NCBI GenBank assembly: GCA_902629935.1
Contig: CACOSU010000005.1
Location: 3,548 to 67,547, forward strand
Source of the DNA: an uncultured Pelagibacteraceae bacterium
GTDB taxonomy: Bacteria; Pseudomonadota; Alphaproteobacteria; Pelagibacterales; Pelagibacteraceae
Reading direction: 5' to 3'
Length of the DNA stretch: 64,000 nt
Position 1 is the first letter of the stretch. Each line of letters starts with the position of its first letter. Below are positions 52,323-61,394 of this stretch, in pieces. The position numbers and the translations under genes were made by a program. A model generated the notes under the pieces. It was not told where the DNA came from, ran no database searches, and saw only the letters and a list, made by a program, of their open reading frames with translations.

Positions 52323-52613
52323 TTATTTTTTCCTAAAATTTCTCTTTTCATAATTAATATAAGACCAAATCATGTTTTTCCATATACGATTAGTAATTTT
52401 AGGGTCAATCTTTAGTTTTTTGGATTTTGAATTAATTTTATGAAGAATAAAATTTATACGTTTTTTATCTACTATTTCTTTTTTAAACTCTTTAAGCTTT
52501 AAAACTTCTTTTACAAGATTTGTTCTATATTTAATCAAAGATAACAACTTATTATCTAGCTTATCTAATTTAGATCTTATTATTTCTAATTTTTTTTTGT
52601 TTTTAGGCGACAT
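52323..52613 (-). CDS. chorismate mutase (AroQ class, monofunctional)
   Basis: 96 aa three-helix pattern. IRSKLDKLDNKLLSLIKYRTNLVKEV is a CM_2-like first helix. Confidence 0.75.
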   Translation of the reverse strand: MSPKNKKKLEIIRSKLDKLDNKLLSLIKYRTNLVKEVLKLKEFKKEIVDKKRINFILHKINSKSKKLKIDPKITNRIWKNMIWSYINYEKRNFRKK

Positions 52614-52656
52614 TTAATTTATTGGTTTAATTAATAATTATTATATTTATTTAATC

Positions 52657-53682
52657 ATGTACAGTCAGAATTATTCTTTAAATTCCCAATTAAAAATATG
52701 GATGATCATTTTATTAGCGATGATCATACTTATTATATTAGTAGGTGGTCTAACTAGATTAACCGACTCTGGTCTTTCCATTACCACTTGGGAACTTTTT
52801 GTTGGTACATTGCCTCCTTTAACAAATGAAAAATGGAAAGAATATTTTGATCTCTATAAAACAATACCTGAATTTAAAGAACAAAATTTTGATATGACTT
52901 TGAATGAATTTAAAATTATTTTTTGGTGGGAATGGGCACATCGTCAATTGGGGAGATTAATTGGTCTTACTGTTCTTTTGCCAATGATCTATTTTACAAT
53001 CAAAAACGGCTTTTGGATATTAAAAGAATATTCAATTATTTTTTTCTTGGTTTGTTTTCAGGGATTTATTGGCTGGTATATGGTTTCAAGTGGTTTAGTT
53101 GATAGAGTTGATGTTAGTCATTATAGATTATCACTACATTTATTTATTGCTTTTATCATTTTATCTTTAGTTTTCTGGAAGTATTTAAAACTATCAGATA
53201 TAAAAATTAATCAAATTAACTTTAAATTAAACTCAATTAAATTCTTTCTTGTACTATTATTTTTACAATTAATTATTGGAGCATTTGTTTCTGGGATGGA
53301 TGCAGGAAAAATATATAATACTTGGCCTTTAATGGGCTCATCATACTTTCCTGATGACAGTATGATCAGTGATTTTTTTAATCTTACAGTATTTGCCGAT
53401 CAATCACTTGTTCAGTTTATTCATAGAAATTTAGCTTATTTAATTGTCATATTATATTTTTATATGCTTTATTCTGTTTTAAAAAATAGAAATGTGAATT
53501 TAAGAGTTCCAATTTTTGTTATTGGAATTAGTTTACTTTTTCAGATTTTTCTAGGAGTTCTTACTATTTTATCTGGAGTAAAAATGCTCTACGCATCTCT
53601 GCACCAGATAAATTCTATTTTAATAATACTTTCAACTTTGTATTTTCTTTATATTGTAAAATATAAAGGACCCAATTATTAG
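52657..53682 (+). CDS. ctaA: heme A synthase (COX15/CtaA)
   Basis: GGLTRLTDSGLSITTWE start, 8-TM profile, conserved His-containing helices (EWAHRQLGR, FIHRNLAY). Confidence 0.92.
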   Translation: MYSQNYSLNSQLKIWMIILLAMIILIILVGGLTRLTDSGLSITTWELFVGTLPPLTNEKWKEYFDLYKTIPEFKEQNFDMTLNEFKIIFWWEWAHRQLGRLIGLTVLLPMIYFTIKNGFWILKEYSIIFFLVCFQGFIGWYMVSSGLVDRVDVSHYRLSLHLFIAFIILSLVFWKYLKLSDIKINQINFKLNSIKFFLVLLFLQLIIGAFVSGMDAGKIYNTWPLMGSSYFPDDSMISDFFNLTVFADQSLVQFIHRNLAYLIVILYFYMLYSVLKNRNVNLRVPIFVIGISLLFQIFLGVLTILSGVKMLYASLHQINSILIILSTLYFLYIVKYKGPNY

Positions 53683-53711
53683 TTTCTATTTTTAGACATT
53701 AAAACCTCAAA

Positions 53712-55040
53712 TTAGCTAACAGCTTTTAAATTACCTTTTGAAGATTTATTTAATGCTTGATCTAGATCCTCAATAATATCATCAATATGTTCAATACCGA
53801 TACAAAGTCTTACATAACTTTGGGTAACACCTGATGCAGCTAGCTCTTTTTCATTTAATTGACTATGAGTTGTACTTGCTGGGTGAATTGCTAAACTTCT
53901 AGCATCACCAATATTAGCAACGTGATAGAACATCTTTAGAGACTCGATAAATTTTTTGCCAGCCTCAATTCCACCTTTAAGCTCAATACCAATCATTGGT
54001 CCATTTCCACCTCTAAGGTATTTTTTTGCTCTATCAGCAATGGGTTTATCGTGTTCTGTAGAATAAATAACTTTTGTAACTTCTTTGTGTTTTTTAAGAA
54101 AATCAACTACATACTCAGCGTTAGCGCAATGTTGTCTCATCCTTAAAGCAACTGTTTCAAGTCCTTGAATTATTGCAAAAGCATTATCTGGAGCCAGAGC
54201 TGATCCTAAGTCTCTCAATAAACAAACTCTTGCTCTAACAGCAAAGGGGACATTAGCACCAGTTAATTCAGGTACAGCTTTTCCCCAAATAACACCTCCA
54301 TAACTTGCATCTGGTTCATTAAATAATGGTTGTCTCCTAGGATCTGCAGTCCAATCAAAATTACCACTATCAACGATACTTCCAGCTACAGCTGTTCCAT
54401 GACCACCTATATATTTTGTGAGTGAATGTATAACTACAGCAGCTCCATGCTCTATTGGTTTACAAATTACGGGTGCTGCAGTGTTATCCATTATTAATGG
54501 TATGTTATATTTTCTTCCAATGTCAGAAACTTCCTTTATTGGAAAGACTCTTAAATATGGATTCGGTAAAGTTTCACCATAAAAAGCTCTAGTTTTGTCA
54601 TCTATTAACTTCTCAAAATTTTCAGGAATACTTGGGTCCGCATATCTTATTTCAATACCAAGCTTACTAAGTGTATGTGTAAATAAAGATACTGTTCCAC
54701 CATAAAGGTCAGTTGAACTAACTATATTATCTCCTGCCTGAGCAACGTTCAATACAGCAAAAGTTGATGCGGTTTGTCCTGATGAAACAGTTAAACATGC
54801 AAGTCCTCCTTCAAGTGCAGCAACTCTTTTTTCCAAAACGTCATTTGTTGGGTTCATAATTCGTGTGTAAATATTCCCAAACTCTTTAAGAGCGAAAAGG
54901 TTAGCTGCGTGCTCTGTATTGTTAAATTGGTATGATGTTGTCCTATAAATTGGAACAGCTACTGCATTCGTAGCTGGATCACTCCTATAGTCACCACCAT
55001 GTATAGCTATAGTTTCAGGGTTGTTTCTTTTTTTAGTCAT
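53712..55040 (-). CDS. metY: O-acetylhomoserine sulfhydrylase (aminocarboxypropyltransferase)
   Basis: Cys/Met-metabolism PLP family with PLP-Lys motif SLTKYIGGHGT. N-terminal PETIAIHGG. Confidence 0.94.
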   Translation of the reverse strand: MTKKRNNPETIAIHGGDYRSDPATNAVAVPIYRTTSYQFNNTEHAANLFALKEFGNIYTRIMNPTNDVLEKRVAALEGGLACLTVSSGQTASTFAVLNVAQAGDNIVSSTDLYGGTVSLFTHTLSKLGIEIRYADPSIPENFEKLIDDKTRAFYGETLPNPYLRVFPIKEVSDIGRKYNIPLIMDNTAAPVICKPIEHGAAVVIHSLTKYIGGHGTAVAGSIVDSGNFDWTADPRRQPLFNEPDASYGGVIWGKAVPELTGANVPFAVRARVCLLRDLGSALAPDNAFAIIQGLETVALRMRQHCANAEYVVDFLKKHKEVTKVIYSTEHDKPIADRAKKYLRGGNGPMIGIELKGGIEAGKKFIESLKMFYHVANIGDARSLAIHPASTTHSQLNEKELAASGVTQSYVRLCIGIEHIDDIIEDLDQALNKSSKGNLKAVS

Positions 55041-55044
55041 ATTA

Positions 55045-55100
55045 CTCCTTTTTTAGTGCTTCAACATTTTGTTAGGCGCACAATACAGTTCAAATGCCTA
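55045..55100 (-). promoter_or_regulatory. candidate SAM-V (SAM-II clan) riboswitch aptamer overlapping the metY Shine-Dalgarno
   Basis: Sense RNA: UAGGCAUUUGAACUGUAUUGUGCGCCUAACAAAAUGUUGAAGCACUAAAAAAGGAG. P1 is UAGGC/GCCUA. Loop GUGC (55081-55078) can pair with 3' GCAC (55059-55056), giving an H-type pseudoknot. A U-rich loop segment faces the A-rich tail that runs into AAGGAG, 4 nt before the AUG. Confidence 0.65.
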
Positions 55101-55125
55101 CCGATTATATAAATTTTAGAAAATT

Positions 55126-55170
55126 TCCTTTTTAGCAGTTATTAGCCCGCAATAGGATCAAATCGGCTCC
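55126..55170 (-). promoter_or_regulatory. second, upstream SAM-II/SAM-V-like aptamer candidate in the metY leader
   Basis: Sense RNA: GGAGCCGAUUUGAUCCUAUUGCGGGCUAAUAACUGCUAAAAAGGA. It has the same element order as the proximal copy: stem AGCC/GGCU, AUUUGA, UAUUG, then GC-UAAAAAGGA tail. Confidence 0.4.
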
Positions 55171-55214
55171 TAATTTTTAGCATATAAGCTATATATTTCA
55201 AGCTAAATATAAAA

Positions 55215-55243
55215 TTGACTTTGTAATTATTAATAGTATTAAT
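55215..55243 (+). promoter_or_regulatory. candidate promoter for rplM-rpsI
   Basis: TTGACT (55215-55220), 17-nt spacer, ATTAAT (55238-55243). It ends only 9 nt before the rplM ATG, implying a very short or absent leader. Confidence 0.25.
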
Positions 55244-55252
55244 CCTCGCACA

Positions 55253-55711
55253 ATGACAAAATTCACTAAAAAGGACCAATTAGATTCATCTTGGTATGAA
55301 ATTGACGCTAAAAATGCTGTAGTAGGTAGACTAGCGACTGTTGTGTCAAATATTATAAGAGGCAAAAATAAAACTACATATACTCCACATATGGATGATG
55401 GTGATTTTGTAGTTGTTAAAAATATTGAACAAGCAAAATTTACTGGAAAAAAATTTCAAGATAAAAAATATTACAGACACACTGGTCACCCTGGAGGAAT
55501 TAAAGTTACTACACCTGAAAAACTCCATGAAAAAAAACCTGGAGAAACTTTAAAAATGGCAGTTAAAAGAATGTTGCCTGGCGGAGTTTTAGGAAGAAAG
55601 CAACTATCAAAATTAAAAATTTATTCAGGAAATGATCACCCACACAGTGCTCAAAATCCTAAAGTTATAGAGTTAGATAAACTTAATAGTAAAAATATAG
55701 CTAGAAACTAA
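55253..55711 (+). CDS. rplM: 50S ribosomal protein L13
   Basis: WYEIDAKNAVVGRLATVVSNIIRGKNK...YYRHTGHPGG signature. Confidence 0.96.
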   Translation: MTKFTKKDQLDSSWYEIDAKNAVVGRLATVVSNIIRGKNKTTYTPHMDDGDFVVVKNIEQAKFTGKKFQDKKYYRHTGHPGGIKVTTPEKLHEKKPGETLKMAVKRMLPGGVLGRKQLSKLKIYSGNDHPHSAQNPKVIELDKLNSKNIARN

Positions 55712-55712
55712 T

Positions 55713-56150
55713 ATGGAAAACACTCAAACAGATTCGAAATCTCCTAAGTTAAAGTTAGACTTTAAGGATAGTAAATACGCAACTGGAAGAAGAAAAACTT
55801 CAATTGCAAAAGTTTGGTTAAAAAAAGGATCTGGTAAAATTTATGTTAATGGTAAATTATTTAGTGATTATTTTGCTGACGAAACTCATAAAATGCAAAT
55901 TACGAGACCTTTTGAAATTATAAATCAAGCTACAGACTACGATGTTAGATGCAGTGTAAAAGGTGGAGGGCCTACAGGTCAAGCAGGTGCTATGGTGCAT
56001 GGTATTTCAAAAGCTTTAGTATTATTTGATGAAAATTTAAAAGCCACCTTAAAAACAGAGAAACTGACTACCAGAGACTCTAGGGCGGTTGAAAGAAAAA
56101 AACCTGGTAGAAGGAAGGCTAGAAGAAGCTTCCAATTCTCTAAAAGATAA
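55713..56150 (+). CDS. rpsI: 30S ribosomal protein S9
   Basis: ATGRRKTSIAKVWL... and C-terminal RDSRAVERKKPGRRKARRSFQFSKR. Confidence 0.96.
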   Translation: MENTQTDSKSPKLKLDFKDSKYATGRRKTSIAKVWLKKGSGKIYVNGKLFSDYFADETHKMQITRPFEIINQATDYDVRCSVKGGGPTGQAGAMVHGISKALVLFDENLKATLKTEKLTTRDSRAVERKKPGRRKARRSFQFSKR

Positions 56151-56183
56151 TTTTTTTTTAATTTTTAACTGTTATAATAAAAA

Positions 56184-57206
56184 ATGCCTAAGCTTAATGC
56201 ATTAGTCGCTGGATCAACGGGATATATTGGTGTTCAATTAATTAAATTATTAGTTAAACACAAGTATATTAATATTAAACATCTTTGTGGTAATTCTTCA
56301 GTAGGTAAAAATATTTCACTATATGAAAAATCACTATCTAAACATAAATTACCAAAAATTGTTAAATTTAATAAGAAACTATTAAAAAATATTCATATTA
56401 TTTTTACAGCACTCCCAAATGGAGAAGCACATGATATATCAAAAAATTTAACTAATAATCAAACACTAATTGATCTCGCTGCTGATTTTAGATTAGAAAA
56501 AGCTTCTGATTATTTAAAGTGGTATAAACAAAAACATCGAGCAACTAATTTAATTAAAAAAAGTATTTATTTACTGCCTGAGATAAATAGAGAAGAGATT
56601 AAAAATTATAATATTATTTCATGCCCAGGATGTTATCCGACATCAATATTGCTACCCCTATTTCCTTTATTTAAGAAAAATTTAATTAAATTTAATAATA
56701 TTATAATTGACTCAAAATCTGGTTATTCTGGTGCTGGGAGAGGAGTTCACAAAAAATATAAAAATAAAAACCTATATGAGTCTTTGAGTGCATACGGAGT
56801 TGGTTTTCATCGTCACAATTCTGAAATAGATCAAATGTTAAGAAAATTTACTAAGAAAAAATTTCAATTTAGTTTTACTCCTCATTTATCACCAATGTTC
56901 AGAGGTATCCTGAGTACAATATATGTCGACTTAGAAAATAATATTTCACAAACAAAAGTGCTAAAAACATTAAATAGTTTTTATAAAAAAGAGAGTTTTA
57001 TAAAAATATTAAAGTCTGACACATTGTTGAGCACCAATGATGTAATAAATACTAATAATTGTTATATCTCTGTGTGCAAATCTAAATATAGTAATAAAAT
57101 AATCATTTTATCTGCTATTGATAATTTAATTAAGGGTGGAGCAGGTCAGGCTGTACAAAATTTAAATAATAAATTTAATCTTCCTGAAAAGACAGGATTA
57201 TTATAA
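56184..57206 (+). CDS. argC: N-acetyl-gamma-glutamyl-phosphate reductase
   Basis: GSTGYIGVQL Rossmann start and catalytic-Cys motif SCPGCYPTS. Confidence 0.92.
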   Translation: MPKLNALVAGSTGYIGVQLIKLLVKHKYINIKHLCGNSSVGKNISLYEKSLSKHKLPKIVKFNKKLLKNIHIIFTALPNGEAHDISKNLTNNQTLIDLAADFRLEKASDYLKWYKQKHRATNLIKKSIYLLPEINREEIKNYNIISCPGCYPTSILLPLFPLFKKNLIKFNNIIIDSKSGYSGAGRGVHKKYKNKNLYESLSAYGVGFHRHNSEIDQMLRKFTKKKFQFSFTPHLSPMFRGILSTIYVDLENNISQTKVLKTLNSFYKKESFIKILKSDTLLSTNDVINTNNCYISVCKSKYSNKIIILSAIDNLIKGGAGQAVQNLNNKFNLPEKTGLL

Positions 57207-57257
57207 AAAAATTTATGATAATTAATCAAAAAAAAGTAAATATCCGGGTATAAGTAA

Positions 57258-58550
57258 ATGAGTAAATTAATAAATATTGCAGTAGTAGGACTTGGTCAAG
57301 TTGGTAATTATTTACTAAATGAACTAAATACAAAAAAGAAGGATATTGAACTTAAAACAGGTAAGAAAATTAAGGTAGTAGCTGTTTCTGCTCGAAATCT
57401 TAATAAAAAAAGAAAATTTAAAGTTAATAAAAAAATATTTTACAAAAATCCTTTAAAAATTTTTAAGAATAATAAAATTGATATATTATTTGAAGCAATA
57501 GGTTTGTCAGATGGTGTCTCTAAAAAAGTTGTAGAAACTGCTTTAAAAAATAAAATCCATGTTATTACACCTAATAAAGCTTTAATCTCAAAACATGGCA
57601 ATGAGTTAGCAAAACTTGCAGAAAAAAATAAAGTTAATTTAGAATTTGAAGCATCAGTTGCTGGTGGTATCCCAATATTAAGATCTATTAAGGAAGGATT
57701 AGCGACTAATAAATTATCGAAAGTTTATGGAATTTTGAACGGTACTTCAAATTACATTTTATCAGAAATGGAAAATTCAAATGAAACTTTTTCAGATGTT
57801 TTAAAAAAAGCACAGATGCTTGGTTATGCTGAACCTGGTAATCCCAAATTAGATCTAAATGGTTTTGATGCATTTGCTAAAGTTAGAATTTTATCTGCTT
57901 TAGCCTTTAGTAGTAAAATTTCAAAACATAAATGTCTAATGGAAGGAATAGAAAAAATTGAATTAAAAGATATTAAAATTTCAAACCAATTAGATTTAAG
58001 AATAAAGCTTCTTGGCATATCTGAGTTAAAAAATAATCAACTTTTTGAAACTGTTCACCCGTGTTTAGTTAGTAAAAAATCTTATATTGGTAATGTTAAT
58101 GGTGTGATGAATGCAGTTATTCTTCAGGGAAAACCTGTTGGTGAAAGTGTACTACAAGGAGAGGGGGCTGGACCTGGACCTACGTCTTCATCATTACTTT
58201 CTGATTTATTATCTATTTTACGTGGAAATATAAAAAAACCTTTTGGTGTTAGTGTTTCGAAGCTTAAATCTTTAAAACCTTATAATGTAAAAAATTATGT
58301 AAATTCTTTATATTTAAGGTTCGAGGTAAAAGATAAACCTGGCGTATTATCTGAAATAACTAATCGTTTAGCTAAATTCAAAATTTCAGTTAAGAGGCTA
58401 ATACAGACACCTGATAAGAAAAACAATAAGGCAACAATTGTTATTATTACTCACAAAACAACTGAAAATAATATTCATAATTGCTTGTCTATTTTTAAAA
58501 AAAATAAAAATATTTTAAAAACACCAACGTTAATAAGATTGCTTGGTTAA
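57258..58550 (+). CDS. hom: homoserine dehydrogenase
   Basis: NAD-binding start VVGLGQVGN, catalytic domain (GILNGTSNYILSEM, GYAEPGNPKLDLNGFDA) and a C-terminal ACT domain. Confidence 0.94.
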   Translation: MSKLINIAVVGLGQVGNYLLNELNTKKKDIELKTGKKIKVVAVSARNLNKKRKFKVNKKIFYKNPLKIFKNNKIDILFEAIGLSDGVSKKVVETALKNKIHVITPNKALISKHGNELAKLAEKNKVNLEFEASVAGGIPILRSIKEGLATNKLSKVYGILNGTSNYILSEMENSNETFSDVLKKAQMLGYAEPGNPKLDLNGFDAFAKVRILSALAFSSKISKHKCLMEGIEKIELKDIKISNQLDLRIKLLGISELKNNQLFETVHPCLVSKKSYIGNVNGVMNAVILQGKPVGESVLQGEGAGPGPTSSSLLSDLLSILRGNIKKPFGVSVSKLKSLKPYNVKNYVNSLYLRFEVKDKPGVLSEITNRLAKFKISVKRLIQTPDKKNNKATIVIITHKTTENNIHNCLSIFKKNKNILKTPTLIRLLG

Positions 58551-59449
58551 TGGAAATTTATTTAAAACTTTTTGAAGTTTTATTTCCAGTCTTCCTAATA
58601 GTTGGACTTGGATATCATTTGGGTAAAAAAAATCCAGATTTTGATACATCATTTATAACAACATATGCTGGTAATTTTGGAACACCAGCTCTTGTTATTT
58701 TTGCTATAACAGCAGGTGGTGTTACTTTTGACGTATTTAAGGAGTATTTTGGTTATTCAATTATTTTATTAAGTCTGTTTGGTGTTGTTGGGATAATATT
58801 TCTAATACTCATGAAAAAAGACTATATTCGAGAATTACCTACTTTTATTTTACCAAATACTGGAAATATGGGTATACCTATATGCTTATTTGCTTATGGT
58901 GAATTAGGTATGGGTATAGCTGCAGCAATATCCTCTTTAATTGTTTTACTGCATTTTACACTTAATATATTTTTAGCAAAACGTGCTTTTGATTTTAAAA
59001 CTATATTAAAAAGTCCATCATTTTATGCAATTTTAATAACTGTGCTCTTTTTATATTTTGAAATACCATTTCCTCAATTTGTATTAAATACTGTAATGCT
59101 TTTAGCTTACGGTATGATTGTAATGATCTTAATGTCTCTTGGTGTAGCTCTTACGCAAATGAAAGTATTTTCTTTTAAAGATGCATTAATAACATCCTTT
59201 GGAAGAGTAATAATTGGACCTATTATTGGATTTGCTGTGATTAAATTTTTTAATTTATCTGGAATACCAGCGGGTGTTTTATTGATACAATCTTGCATGC
59301 CTAGTGCAATCTTATGTTATTTGATTGCTCATATGTACTCTCCCAAAGAAATTGTGGATAATATTTCTAGTACAATTGTAGTGTCTACAATCATGTCATT
59401 ATTTACTATCCCAATTACATTATTCTTTGCTTTAAAATACTTCTATTAA
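58550..59449 (+). CDS. AEC (auxin efflux carrier) family permease
   Basis: 299 aa with ~10 TM helices, duplicated-halves layout and family-like N-terminus. Confidence 0.7.
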   Translation: MEIYLKLFEVLFPVFLIVGLGYHLGKKNPDFDTSFITTYAGNFGTPALVIFAITAGGVTFDVFKEYFGYSIILLSLFGVVGIIFLILMKKDYIRELPTFILPNTGNMGIPICLFAYGELGMGIAAAISSLIVLLHFTLNIFLAKRAFDFKTILKSPSFYAILITVLFLYFEIPFPQFVLNTVMLLAYGMIVMILMSLGVALTQMKVFSFKDALITSFGRVIIGPIIGFAVIKFFNLSGIPAGVLLIQSCMPSAILCYLIAHMYSPKEIVDNISSTIVVSTIMSLFTIPITLFFALKYFY

Positions 59450-59465
59450 GAGATACCTTTCTTTT

Positions 59466-60317
59466 ATGAAGGCTATAATTTTGAATGCATCTGCTTGGAT
59501 GATTGTTCCAGTAATGGATGCATTTGCAAAGTATTTAAGTTCTTCAATGGATGTTCTTCAAATTACATGGGCTAGGTATTTTTTTACTGTAGTTTTTACT
59601 TTGTCGTTAATGATTATCTTTTATCGGAAATCATTAGTATGGACAAAAAAACCAACACTACAATTAATTAGAGGGTTAATTTTTGTTTTCTCAACTTATT
59701 TATTCTTTTATGCAATATCTGAAATATCTCTTCCTAAAGCGCTAACATTAGCTTTTGTCGCTCCAATTTGTGTCACAGCTTTATCTCCATTATTTTTAAA
59801 TGAGAAAGTAGGGGTGAAAAGGTGGACAGCTGTATTGTTAGGATTTATTGGAACAATGATAGTAATAAGACCGGGTTTTATCGAGCTTAATTTTGCTACA
59901 ATGGCCGCTTTAGGTTGTGGTATTTGTTATGGTTTTTATCTTATAATTACTAGGAAATTGAGTAGCTCAGATAATCCACTTTTAACACTTTTGTTATCAG
60001 GTTTGATAGGAACTATAATATTAACCTTATTTGTACCCTCAGTTTGGATTAGTCCTACTTCAAACCAATGGATTTTAATGGCTTTAATCGGCTTTATAGC
60101 CTCTGTAGCACATCTTTTTCTCATATTGTCACTCAAATACGCTGATGCATCTAAATTAGCTCCTTTGGGCTATACAGAGATAATTACAAATATACTTATT
60201 AGTTACTATTTCTTTCATGAATTACCTGATAATTGGACTTATTTAGGTTTATTTATTATCGTTCTTAGTGGTCTATATATTTCTAGAAGAGAGTATTTGC
60301 TAACTCATTCTACTTAA
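59466..60317 (+). CDS. EamA/DMT-superfamily transporter
   Basis: 283 aa, 10-TM profile with two EamA-like repeats. Confidence 0.75.
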   Translation: MKAIILNASAWMIVPVMDAFAKYLSSSMDVLQITWARYFFTVVFTLSLMIIFYRKSLVWTKKPTLQLIRGLIFVFSTYLFFYAISEISLPKALTLAFVAPICVTALSPLFLNEKVGVKRWTAVLLGFIGTMIVIRPGFIELNFATMAALGCGICYGFYLIITRKLSSSDNPLLTLLLSGLIGTIILTLFVPSVWISPTSNQWILMALIGFIASVAHLFLILSLKYADASKLAPLGYTEIITNILISYYFFHELPDNWTYLGLFIIVLSGLYISRREYLLTHST

Positions 60318-60852
60318 TAGTAAACAAATAGTAACTAATATATAAAGTAATACTTTAATATATATTACTAAACTATTGTAATTATTATATTATTTTATTT
60401 TATATAAATTGATAAATTAGTATAATGTCTGTTACTTATTTAGAAAATAAGCAGCTAATAACTATTATTTTAAATATATAAAGGCAAAATTGGGAAAAAT
60501 TTTTTATAAAATTAACAATAGTATTTAAAAGCGTTTAATATCAATGGTTTTTTAAGGTTTATAAGTGAACAAATTCATAATTTATATTTGGATAATTGAG
60601 TAGGGGACTAAAAATTCATAGAATTCCTTTGAAATTTAAGTCTTAAATGAGCCTTGATATCATTAAAAAGTAGAGCAATGCAATTATAGAATATATGTTT
60701 TAAACAGCCATAGAGGGGCTTTATTTTGGTTTATTACGATATATAGTACAACTGAAGGGTGCAAACCACTATTTCCTATTAAATAGGCTTAAATATCTAA
60801 AAATTGTTAATTTTACTGGTGTTTTTGACAATAAAATAGCACTAAAATGCCT

Positions 60853-61122
60853 CTAAATATCAACTTTTTCAGATCTCAATAAACGTAGCTTTGTTTTAAT
60901 TCCACCTCTACCAGAGTATCCACCTAGGCCTCCATCAGATCGAATTACTCTATGACATGGTATTTTGGGTGCAAATGGGTTTTTTCCACAAGCGTTAGCT
61001 ACAGCACGGGATGATTTAGGGCTTTTTATAGCAATAGCTACGTCTTTATATGTTTTTACAGTACCTTTTGGTATAGTTTTAAGGTATTTCCAGACTTTTA
61101 ATTGGAATTTAGTACCTTTCAT
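60853..61122 (-). CDS. ogt: methylated-DNA--protein-cysteine methyltransferase, C-terminal (catalytic) domain only
   Basis: FQLKVWKYLKTIPKGTVKTYKDVA...ACGKNPFAPKIPCHRVIRSDGGLGGY has the PCHR active-site Cys motif. ATG 61122 overlaps the upstream ORF stop as TAATG. The ORF is open to 61149. Confidence 0.88.
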   Translation of the reverse strand: MKGTKFQLKVWKYLKTIPKGTVKTYKDVAIAIKSPKSSRAVANACGKNPFAPKIPCHRVIRSDGGLGGYSGRGGIKTKLRLLRSEKVDI

Positions 61123-61310
61123 TAATAAAAATTTAAAATAATAAAGCAAACTATAAAAAAAATAGCTAAAATAGAGAGATAGATCGTTTCTAAGGTTTTT
61201 CCTGTTTTTTTATACTGAATAAAGCTCAATATAACGAAACCAATCGAAGTGATTAGAAAGTATATTGGTTCAATTACTCCATCTATGCCCATTTTCAAAT
61301 TATATTTCAT
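61122..61310 (-). CDS. small two-TM membrane protein, unknown function
   Basis: 62 aa with two hydrophobic helices. Its stop overlaps the ogt start, which suggests translational coupling. No recognisable family. Confidence 0.45.
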   Translation of the reverse strand: MKYNLKMGIDGVIEPIYFLITSIGFVILSFIQYKKTGKTLETIYLSILAIFFIVCFIILNFY

Positions 61311-61365
61311 CCTTGTTGAGCTCGCAATATCATTAATTGTCCTTAAAGATGATAAATTTTTTTAT

Positions 61366-61394
61366 TTGACATTAAAAAACACTTGATATATTAC
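61366..61394 (+). promoter_or_regulatory. candidate promoter of the recombinase gene
   Basis: Perfect TTGACA (61366-61371). -10-like TATATT/TATTAC follows 15-17 nt downstream, immediately ahead of a 19-bp imperfect palindrome (61398-61416). Confidence 0.3.

Noticed and set aside
60346-60369. 7-bp inverted repeat AGTAATA(10 nt)TATTACT just after the EamA stop, considered as an intrinsic terminator
   Set aside because: The stem is all A/T apart from one G-C pair, has a 10-nt loop and has no downstream U-tract. Such repeats are expected by chance at this base composition.
60657-60666. 10-nt direct repeat ATATCATTAA shared with 61327-61336
   Set aside because: My rough estimate is that a 10-mer match between two AT-rich segments of these sizes is expected about once by chance. 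It does not count as evidence for att sites.
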